Shown here in pieces: positions 12,215-22,661 of a DNA stretch of 64,000 nt. The notes beneath the pieces were generated by a model. The model searched no databases. It had not been told where the DNA came from and worked only from the letters and a program-made list of their open reading frames with translations. The stretch is taken from the NCBI GenBank assembly GCA_051362555.1, contig CM120645.1, positions 2,604,001 to 2,668,000 on the forward strand. Reading direction: 5' to 3'. The first letter of the stretch is position 1. Every line of letters starts with the position of its first letter. Source of the stretch: Lingula anatina (lineage: Eukaryota; Animalia; Brachiopoda). The position numbers and the translations under genes were made by a program.

Positions 12215-14425
12215 ACACAAAATTACAGAAATTGAACATTTTTGAAAAAAAAACTAGCTCAGAAAATAATCCTGGTATAAAAATAAAGCCACCTTTCATA
12301 TAAACATCACTAACTTTGTGAGATAATATTTTTAAAACTAAATTTTTTAAAAATATATCCCAAAACTCAGACCAGGTCAGTGAGCAATACTAAATTAAGG
12401 AGAAAAAAGCTCTGAGGTCCTAATTCCTAGATCTCTATTGACTATTCTCCATGCTGCAGGGAACATAGTGTAACAGTATATGCCTCCCTCAAAAATCAAT
12501 CAATTATCAGATAGATACCAAGTACAAACAAGTAAATGGCAGCATTATCGACCGCATTTTGGACAGCCTTTGTATCTTGTCCTCTTCTTTTCTTGCTTTA
12601 CCAGATGGTCTTATTAGATTAATCCTTTCCATTCTTAATCTGGCTTAAAGCTAAGTGAAAATTGATCCAGACGCTGTAAATCTAGCACCTAACAGTGACA
12701 TGGAAGCAACATACCAAGTGTTTAAGTACACACTTAATTGTTGTACACATACATATGAGAAGTACTGAAGTATATGTTCTTTATCTGATTGATAGTTTTT
12801 GTCTCCTGTAAAATGCATCACAAATACATCAACAGGTACTTCACTTAAACTTGGGTTAGATAATCACAGTGTGTGTGTGTGTGTGTGTGTGCGCACGCAC
12901 ATGAATGTGTGCATGCGTGTGTGTGTGTGTGTGTGTGTGTTTTTGTGGGTCTTCATATGCATGTTTGTAAATTGACAAACCATATCACCTACCACCTCAT
13001 CAAAAAACAAAACATGCTGATATTGACTATTGATCCAATGGTCCATCTTTTTCTCATTGCAACCTACATATATATTTCACCAGGTCCATTTGAATCCTTC
13101 CAACACACAATTTCATATCCATAATGTATCAAGTATCTTTAAACATGATTCATTATAAATGCTACAAAAAAAAAAAAAATAATAATAATAATAATAAATT
13201 AATAACTAAGTAGATAAAATTTTGAAAGGTACTTACCCTCCCTTCCTCTGATCTGAAAAAAGAATTAAAGTGTATATATTAATAACTTGATACCACTTAA
13301 TAGTACTAAATAACTATCGTATTGGTCATATAAAAGAAATAAACTTTTCTGTACAGTCATTCAGAGGGGAAACTCTCCCGGCATATAATACTGCATGCAC
13401 AATAAGTCCTAGCTCCCAGATAAGGTGCTTATATGATTTAAACTCACTGCTTTTTACAAATTAAAATGATACAAGCTAAATTATGAGCATAAAAACTAGA
13501 TCTAATGATAATTATCAAGCTTATTAGAAATTATTTTCAATTGGAGTGAAAAAAAAATGTTAAGATAATGGCATACCAAGAGAAATATGTAGAAGTCTAA
13601 TTACAGCATAACCCACAATGTCCAAGGAATCATTGCAAGCTTTTCAGAAGCACAAAAAATTAACAAACAAAGAGCTAGAAAACAATCAAGTGAACTGGCA
13701 CTTATGCAAGTATTTTTTCCTGCACAATACAAAGAACACCAAAGTTCTTTGAAGCTAAAAATGATGAGTTTCGGAAAAAGAGTTAATATACTCTAGAATG
13801 CACTAGAAAATCAAATGATAAAAAAGGCACATATTTGTCTTGTAAAAAGGCAATGGCAAAGTTTAAATGAAGAAATCAGAATCCTGTATTTTGAGGTTGC
13901 TCTCTCTGCTGCATCGTCCGTACAGTAGTCTCAGAGGGTGAGTCCACACATTTTTATAGAAGAAAGTGCAACAAGAACGAAACACAAAAGGCTCCATAAA
14001 ATGCACTGGTATGTCTTCATAAAACTCACTTGCATGACCTTTTCCCTGAGGTTTTTGACCAGGCCGCTGGTTATTATCTGGGGCACAAGCATGCAAGTTA
14101 GTATAATTAATGAGCAACAGACTACAGTAAAGCGAGCACTACCGACTAGCTATTACTGATAGCCTGCAAGATCTAGCTAGTTAAAAATTGCGTGCATACA
14201 CACCATAATTAATATCAAGTCTAGGGGTTTCTAATATTTAGTATTAAAAGTACAACGCTAATACGAAAACAGGAAGTGCAGCTCTATTCCTGCTGCAAGC
14301 TGCATCGTCAGATAATCCTGCCAGCTTTACTCGCTGCAGACAAAGTACAAAGCTGAGGAAGCAGTGCAATTATGGTGGCACTTACTTGGCGAAGTTTCCG
14401 CCGCTTTTGAGCCTCCACATCCCAT
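2482..14425 (-). CDS. Creatine kinase, flagellar type (5' part only; gene continues beyond the left edge)
   Basis: Minus-strand exons: 14425-14386 ([13 protein letters not shown]), probable 16-nt microexon 13252-13237, 3484-3297, 3128-2994 and 2640-2482. All introns are GT-AG and phase-compatible. The protein [19 protein letters not shown]...[25 protein letters not shown]...RVRTGRS is a phosphagen kinase with the creatine-kinase GHPFI specificity loop. An MGC N-terminus is characteristic of flagellar CKs. The link between the first exon and the catalytic exons is inferred. Confidence 0.88.
3219..3286. repeat. (GA)n microsatellite in CK intron
   Basis: Pure GA run next to the donor site at 3296. 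Confidence 0.95.
6840..7170. repeat. Degenerate short-unit tandem repeat (AAGTGGGA[C/T/G]A core)
   Basis: More than ten imperfect copies of aagtgggaca/aagtgggata/aagtgggaga at irregular spacing of about 12-30 bp. Confidence 0.8.
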
Positions 14426-14555
14426 TTTGAGCCCTAGTTTGCGTCTTAATATGTGTTTGACTGATTGAAAGGTATAATTATGGTATAACCTTGCAGACTT
14501 TCTACTAAATTTGCCGAACAACGTGATTTGGGTCCCAGCGCACTACCTTTCAACT

Positions 14556-14614
14556 GTTTCCAAGGTGACTCCAAGCCGCGCATGCGCGCTATCAATTTTT
14601 TCACCGGTCACGTG
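14556..14614. promoter_or_regulatory. Probable CK promoter: RFX X-box, NRF1-like palindrome and E-box
   Basis: GTTTCCAAGGTGAC (14556-14569; reverse complement GTCACCTTGGAAAC), GCGCATGCGC (14578-14587) and GTCACGTG (~14607-14614) lie 130-190 bp upstream of the CK ATG in a CpG-rich patch. Confidence 0.6.
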
Positions 14615-16164
14615 GCAAGTCGCTAAGCAGAAGGTAAACGTTTTGTGGCCTTTCCATTTCAGTCAATACAATCTTACAAAAGGCACAATGTAGGTGAGCT
14701 CTTATCAATAGGTGTTGACCCATACTCAAGGTATTGCCATAACAAGCACAAACACACAGAACGATATGGTTGTTTAAGATATAAGCGAAAATTACCTAAT
14801 ATGATCCGCCAGATATTGGGAATATTAGGCTGTTCGTTTAAGCCTAGTAGGCCTATCTTTGAAAAATACAATACTAGATGTGCGCTGGTATATTTTCGTT
14901 GCGATTCTACAATGACTTTTCAGTAAATTAATATTATTATTATCATTACCCTTATTATAAAATTGAAATGAATTTATTCGTTTATTTTGGATTTTTAAAA
15001 CCATATTGACAATTCATTGATGTAGGCCTAGGCCCCTATAAATCGTCCCCCCCCCCACCCCACAAAATTGTTTTTCTTTATTACCGTGAAATTATTCCCC
15101 TATAAAGAACCTGACATGTATTTGAAAATTTGAACAAAATGATAAAATAAATGAAAAACGCCTATAAGGAGCAAATATTCAACAACAGATGAAAAACAGG
15201 CAATAAGTCGAGATGGGTTGGGCTTGCACAGAAATACTTGTAAGGCGTTCATTAATTTGTCACGATTTCACTGAATTGTGTTTTTCGCATATGATAACAT
15301 TTAGCCTACCACATGTTGCGACCCTAGAGAGCCTCTCTACGTGTGTAAATATTGGACGATCAAATGACACGTGCCACTTGAGGTCCAAGTGGCCACTTGA
15401 TTGGTTACGTAATTGCGCTAGGTGGGGGATATCAGCATTGTGTTAGAGAAGATGGTCAAGATCACAATTATTGCCTGGGACAAGTGCTACTATCGCAACC
15501 CCATACAAAAATGCAGACGTGTACCTCTTCAAGTCAGAGAATTAGCACTGTGTATATTCGAAGACATTCAGAATACGTAGCCTTTAACATATTTAAATAC
15601 GTAGTGGTGCTCGTTGCCTCGTTACACTGAAGTTGTAAGGGTAATGAGGGGAAGTCAACAAGACCGTTTTATCAACTAATTGATCCTAATTGGTGCGTAA
15701 CGTATTAGAGGCAACGTTTAGAAAACAAATGAGTGATTTAAACAAGTTACGAGGAGACAGTTCTTCTACACAAGGATGGTAAATGCGGCGATTGCTGACG
15801 CGAAGCTTTCAATACAAACATATCTCTTGTCTCTAAGGAACTGGTGCAAGGCGTTTAGAAAGTTCCCGAACTAGTTTTGATTTACGTCTAGTAATGAGGT
15901 AAGAAATTCTGCAGTCCCGAACCCATCCCACTGTATGGCGTAAACAGGGTCTAAACAGACACTCTAGAAGAGTGACAAGGAAGACAAAGTTTCCGCCTAA
16001 GAGAAAAATAGGTACCACTAAGTAGGCCTATAGTGCACCCCGAGTAGGACTATAAGTGTCTTGACGTAAGGAACTCGCCTCCATATTGTTGACATGCCTA
16101 TGTCGTTTCCATTATCCTTTGAAATTCAGGGTAATAGAGACAGAATCAATCAACCATTAATTAA

Positions 16165-16339
16165 GGTCCCATTCAGAATAGAGGACTAACTAGTCCAAGG
16201 GTCAAATATGGCCGACCCAATTGAATACTTCTCCACGGGATATCTTTTCAGTGTCTATTAGCGGATGAGACGGCAAGCTTTGTAGTGGGTCGCCATATTT
16301 GACCCTCTGACTAGTTAGTCCCCTATTCTGAACGGGACT
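16165..16339. mobile_element. MITE with ~55-bp terminal inverted repeats, PIF/Harbinger-like
   Basis: The left end GGTCCCATTCAGAATAGAGGACTAACTAGTCCAAGGGTCAAATATGGCCGACCCA matches the reverse complement of the right end (AGTCCCGTTCAGAATAGGGGACTAACTAGTCAGAGGGTCAAATATGGCGACCCA). TAA flanks both sides (16162-16164, 16340-16342). Confidence 0.8.
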
Positions 16340-18603
16340 TAAGACTCACAAGTCGTGGTGTTACGTCCTTAGTTTTGAAATGGTAGTGGATTAATAATAA
16401 AAACAAAGTCGTTCGTTCAACCAGACGCTTTTGTGTGTCATCATCTCAGGCTAATCGATCCAGCGGACTTTAATTGAAGGTTAATTCAAACCATTAGCAT
16501 GCTCTGTCAAATGCAAAATGAGGTATCGACTCCCAAAAGTTGTCACACGATTATGACTTTGAATAATGTTTGCAGGAAAGTTGTTGTTTATCTTTCAGAT
16601 GGTTTTGTCGATTCCTTGCCTGTTTTCCCATACTCCAATGCATTGGCATTGATTTGGCAAGAACTGACCATCAACATAAATCAACCCCATCACTTAGTGT
16701 TGCGGGGCAAAGCAGTCAAAGCAGGTGAGTAATGTACCACAAATGATATGCTATAACAGTTTTTTTTTCTGAAAAAAAACTTTCCGGACTTCTGCTTTAA
16801 AAGGTAATATATTTCACGAGATTCCAGAATCAGCTTCTTAATAGTTTTCATCCTTATTTGATTTCTTTGAAAACATCAGGGCAGCATAAGGACAGAGGAT
16901 GAAAGATTAAGATAACCAAAAATTATTTTATCGTGGGAATTAGCAAATGACAAATTAAGTGTTTATTAAAGGTGTGTTGCATGTACAAATAGGAAACCTG
17001 TCAGCATAAGAGGTAATTATAAAATGCAGGCTTGCAGTTCAAAAAAATTCCAAAAAGTAAAAAGGGTAGATGAATACTTCAGTACAACTAACCCCATCAA
17101 GTTTTTTTTTTTCTGTTAAAGTTTATTGTAAGAAAAATGGTTGCGTTGTCAAGGTAAGGAGTATATCCGCATTTAAGTCATTTCAACGTTTCCTTCCATG
17201 CGTATAATTGCAAACCTGTCTAATCAACACCGAAAACTGAAACATTATGTATGTATTTTGTAACTAAGTTTTGCCATGATTTTAAGCAGGTCGACAAATA
17301 ATAAACAGTGGAATATTGTTTTACTTACTAATTGACACAAACAAAACGTTGCATAACCATGTTCAGTCTTGCATGGGGCACCTTAAAAGTGTTGACATTG
17401 CCCATTCTGTCCCTTAATAACAACCGTAAAATGCCCTTAATGGTACAGACATGGGGAGATCATTCAAGACATTTTATTTCTGGCAATTACATAATTAATA
17501 TGCAAGGCAGTAATTTGTTTCAAGGCAATGAGTAGTGCTTCCAACAATCCTCGGTGCACGCGTTGTTTCAATGTGGAATTTCAACCGTACCAGTGCTTTA
17601 CCAACCAAGACAAAACTTTCCTCTTTCAAGTGCATTTTTGTTTTAGTTTTGCGATTGTAACGTCCACAATGCTACCGGATGTGATGGCATCTACCAACAA
17701 AATGCATAGGGAGCTCATCTATTCAACTAAATAAGTTGTGCACGCATTGTAACCGATCATTTTGTCAGCAATTTGGCTCGATGCCAACAGGCCTTCATTC
17801 TAAAAAAAATAGTATCATTTTGAATTAAAGTTAGATTAATGTTAATTGCGGATCATGTGGCATTTTAGCGCCAATGTTAAAATCGTTTACTTCGAACAAA
17901 GAAAAAAAAACGGCAACTTTCTCTCGTTCATGAATTTCTTGCTAGACCCCCCCCCCCCCCCCTTGCACTTGGACCACTTTAATTGAATAAATCAGTGGAA
18001 CGGATTTTGATGGGTTTAGACCGCAAAAGCCCTCCTGACATTTGATAAAGAAATATTGAAACAGGATACTGTTAATTGTATTTAAAGGTTTGAAATTACT
18101 TTTTCATACTTACGAAACATTTTCAAACGGGAACAATAATAGTATAACTTTCACCGAATAACGGGTGGCGTTGCTAAACTGAAAACTTTTAAATTGCCAA
18201 GATGTAAATTTTAACGTTCTGAAAATATGAAATTACTTCTGCCGCGATTATAGAATTCTGATGTACGAATGCTTTCTGCCAAGGGGGTTGAATTTGCAGA
18301 AGATATCAGTGAACTCAACGTGCTTTCGTCTTGGGAGTTCAACCGCCTTGTTCTGAAATTTAGAAACTACGTTTTTATTTCGACTCCCATGCCTCAGTTC
18401 TTGAATGATCTTAATTATTAGGTCAGAAGTTCAGCCACATGCGTCCTCTCACAACAATCAATTCGTTAATTACCAATTATCAGGGCAACACAATAATCCT
18501 ATCCATCCGAACACTCTGAAACGCCCAAAGCTCCGGTTCCTACTTGAAAATTCACTCTTGTTGACACAAAGATCATTTTCCGATTTTCTCTTGTTTCGCA
18601 GGC

Positions 18604-18688
18604 TTATGACATCGTTATGACGGACACCTGAATGACATCATTATGACAGACACTTGAATGGAGTTATTAGGACGGATACTTGAATGAT
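18604..18688. repeat. ~27-bp tandem repeat, about 3 copies
   Basis: A ttatgac(g/a)gacac(c/t)tgaatg unit is repeated just upstream of the PAN-FReD start codon. Confidence 0.8.
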
Positions 18689-18771
18689 TACTGAATACTA
18701 CTGGAGGACAACAAACATTCTGAGTGGAACACAGCCAGACCACGGAGGCAGTACCTTGGATCGATTATACG

Positions 18772-20804
18772 ATGGCGCATAGTAGATTTGCTGCAATAAC
18801 ATGCGGTAAGTTTATAGTTGTACATACTTTTATATGAATCAAGTCTTGGCGTTTAAGTCGGTAAAGTTTATGATTAAATATATTTCGTAAATGAGGGTGA
18901 AGTTTGACTCCTAACACCATTTAGGCCACCAAAGCCAGTCAAAAAAGGATCCGGTACAGCGGTTCAACTCCACAATGAAACAAGTGTGTCCAACAGGATA
19001 TGTATCAATACTATATATATATTATTGACTTTATATCATTAATAAAAAAAATACTACACGAGGGCTGTCAGAAATGCAGAAACACTAAAATTAAAGTAAG
19101 TATCGCTCGTGTCGTAACTTTTGAAACTTTTGGGCGGGATAATACGCTGGATTATTTTAATATCCGCTAGACTTGATGTCAAGAATTTTGCACAGCACCC
19201 AACATTTTGTTAAAATTCTGTGGGCCTAACAATCGGGTCAGGCATTTTTAGATTTTTTAAATTTCTGAACTCCACATTTTTCCAAAGTGAAATACAATCT
19301 ATTTCATCACTTCAGGTTTGCTTACACTAATCATGACTAGAAACGTGCTCGGAGACTCCAAATTTAGTCGATTTACAAAATTAAATTCTGACGAGACGCC
19401 CCGTTTGAGCCCACTGGTGACCCTGGAGGTGGAGACCAAAGGTGCATGTGCACTGCAGTGTCACCAAGACGCCAGCTGCAAGGTTATTGAAGTTGGGCCT
19501 GTGACAAAGTTTGGTGTTTCATGTAGCCTATATAGCAAGTATAGAGAGATAGAAGGACAGATTGTTTACACGGACAATACGTATTTTGCTAAGGTAAGTC
19601 AACCAAAAAATAAAAATAAAAAACAATAAATAAATAAAACGGCACAGTGTTTAAACGTGAATTGGACCTACATTTAAACTGAACTACAAACCGTACATGG
19701 CGCTTTTTTTAAACGCGACATTGTTGTACGCGTCTGACTGCAAATTGAATATATATCTTATAAGGCGTATAATAGAAACTTAATGAAAATAAAAATGCAA
19801 AAAAAAACATTAATACAAAAAGTCAGGCAACAATCGTTGAGGGTAAGGTTACGCTAGGTAACGAAAAAATATATACAGTATATTTATATTTCAGTAAACA
19901 TACATTTTTAATTTGCAGGTTGCTTCCGATTGTAACGATGAACCGGGGTACAATGGTAAGACCTCAGTATTGAATTGCTTTGCTTACTGGGCAATGGCGC
20001 AACTGTCTGAATAAAGAACGGTTTTCAATATGCATTTCAGTTTCTTTCACCAATTAAAACATGTACGTAGATTAAAAAAAAAATTTGGACAACTGAAGTG
20101 AACAAAATCTCATTTTTCAAAGTTTCAAAGTTTCATCCTCATTTTTTACCCAATGAATTACCCATGAAACATTTCACTATTGAGAATTAAATCCTTCAAT
20201 TTTAGGCTTAATGAAAATTTCACCTCCTGGTTTTAACGGCGCCCCTGTAACTGTATGGTGTTCTTTCGGATGGACCTACATCCAGAAGCGGACAGGACCC
20301 GAGCTGAACTTTGAACGCACGTGGGACGAGTACCGCGCAGGCTTCGGTTTTAACCAAGGGGACCACTGGGCCGGCAACGAACTCGTCCATGCGATCACAT
20401 ACGGCAAATCCTACCGACTGAAAGTCCGCCTTGATTCATACAACAACAACACCTACTATATCACCTACGACGACTTTTATCTCGAAAGCGAAGACCAAAA
20501 CTACGCGCTGAACTTGGATCCAAATACTTTCGTCGGGAGCATCGGCGATAGTTTCGCACCCAATGTAAGGCAACCGTTCACGACGTGGGACAGGAACAAC
20601 GCAGGGAATAGTTGTGTGGGGACAGCTCTAGGGGGGTGGTGGTACATTGGGTGTGGTTATGTCATGCTAACAGCCCGATATCCGGACGACCCGTACTGTG
20701 CATCCATCCCACTGAAATGTTTCAAGTATTCTGGGATCACTAATAATAACTGTGATACCGGGTGCTTGTTACGAGGCTCTGTCATGATGATAAAACCAGT
20801 GTAA
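18772..20804 (+). CDS. Secreted PAN/apple domain + fibrinogen-related domain (FReD) protein, about 315 aa
   Basis: Exons 18772-18805, 19316-19593, 19919-19955 and 20206-20804 (GT-AG, in frame). Signal peptide MAHSRFAAITCGLLTLIMTRNVLG. PAN-like TKGACALQCHQDASCK...CSLY. FReD motifs GWTYIQKR, NFERTWDEYRAGFG, HWAGNELVHAIT, FTTWDRNN, GGWWYIGC, SVMMIKP. Confidence 0.9.
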
Positions 20805-20805
20805 C

Positions 20806-20946
20806 AGGAATGGAAGTCCGCTAGGAACCGCAGTCCGCTTCCCATTACTTTGTGCAGGTGACATTCGTCCCATATACTAATCCCAATACTCCAACTAACC
20901 CTAACTGTACTAATCATATTTTATGGGAGCCCGGACTTCCATTCCT
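20806..20946. mobile_element. Small MITE-like inverted-repeat element directly after the FReD stop codon
   Basis: AGGAATGGAAGTCCG (20806-20820) is the exact reverse complement of CGGACTTCCATTCCT (20932-20946). There is a second degenerate left-TIR copy at ~20823-20847 and an internal ctaaccctaac tract. Confidence 0.65.
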
Positions 20947-22661
20947 AGGACTTGCATTTATGTAATACCGGCTGACTAGGGAAACTTTGGAAACTGTTCC
21001 CAAGATTTACCACTTGTATATTAAGTTAAATATAATTTAATAACGCAGATTATCATAACAAAACAATCAAATTTGTTGTGGGAAATGTATATTTAAAAGA
21101 AATGTTATGTTACTTTTGAAAATGACAAAAATAAGGTAGGCCTACTGTAGCGGTCTCCAAATGTGGAATTTTGGAACTGGAGGGCATACACATGTACTTG
21201 GTGGGAAGCCACCGAGAGTTAATTTAGACTAAATAAAGCATAAATCAGTATTAACTGGCATTAAACAGTTTGTGATTATCTCATAAGTTGTCGTTTGTAT
21301 AAGCATAGAAATTGTTGGACTCTGTCAGATTTACGCGTGATGTAAAACCTCCGTCCAAAACATCTGTTTTAACATTCTCTGCACGGTTTATTTCTCCAAA
21401 CGCTACTACGCTTGGCTTCAACCCTCCATTGAAAACAATTAGCCTTGTTTCACTAATGTGACCGATTTTAATATCAAATGGGCGTATATATCGGATATAT
21501 AGACAATCCGCACGTCACGTGACTTGTCAGCGTATTGGCCAGTCGGTACCATGACGTCATACTTGGTCTGGTATGAATTCTGGAAAAGTGGACTGTTAAA
21601 ATTCACTAGAATTAAACAATACATTATATTACGTGTATACACGCTGCCAAAAAAAACGGGTTATTATGGGGATAATTTTCGCCCATTTGTCATTATTGTG
21701 ACTGAAAGGCCAAGAAAACAGGAAGAGTGAACATTAATAATTCAAGCTGTGTGCGGGTGCCTTTCTATATTTCTTCAATGATTGGTGACGTATAAATCAG
21801 GGCAAGTTAACGATAGCTCTATCACCTTAACATCTGCGCCAGCAAAATGAAGAGTTATATTATAAAGTGCTTTCTATTTTTTAAATCAACGAGTTTTTTT
21901 ATAAACATCATCTATGTTTTGTATAATACCCCCAATTTCTACCCTTTTTCTTATTTTTTCATTTTATCCTTTTATTTAATTTTTGTCACAGGCCCAACCG
22001 ATAACTCCACGCGCTGAACTAATAAGTGTTTTTCCGTATTGTACCAAGCAAAACTGGGAACATCTAACGTACTCGTACAATATAGAACCCCTCTTTTTGT
22101 TTTTTCCCCCCTTCCAAAGCCAAAGATCACAGCGCATAGTTTTGTTGAAAAAAAAAAACAACAACATTACATGTTCTTTCCAGTACCACCATCGATGCTT
22201 CAGCACATGTCAAAATCAACAAATTAAAGACCTCAAAATAATTCAGGCATAAGAATCGAAAAAAAGAGCAAAGGTTTAAAAGGACCAAAAAGATGTTTGT
22301 AAGTTGTCGGTTTCCACCTTTGGTGTACCTCGATATGGTGGCACTGTCACGTAGCCAGCAGTTAGATCACGAGGTTCATACCCCCCAGTTTACGCTTAGC
22401 CGTTTTATTCATAAAACACATGCATGTTGTGTTTTAACTCTTTAGCTGAGCTTTTCTCGTCCCCGGTGCGCGCTTTAATTAGATTACAACCACGCAAAAG
22501 GCGCGGGTTTTAACGTTCCCAGTGCGCCACTCGCTTTTCTTACATTAATAGCGCAAGAAGAGGTTGTCATTTTAATAGTTTTCCTTGCCGAGACAGATCT
22601 GAAGCGGGCGCTTGTCAGTGGGATAGTACATTTCCTTGGGACTGTGTTGCAGGAGGCGAAA

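Noticed and set aside
11942-13124. ORFs rich in CV/HT dipeptides (also 32420-32754, 59114-59339, 62378-62599)
   Set aside because: They are translations of (CA)n/(TG)n/(GA)n microsatellites in introns.
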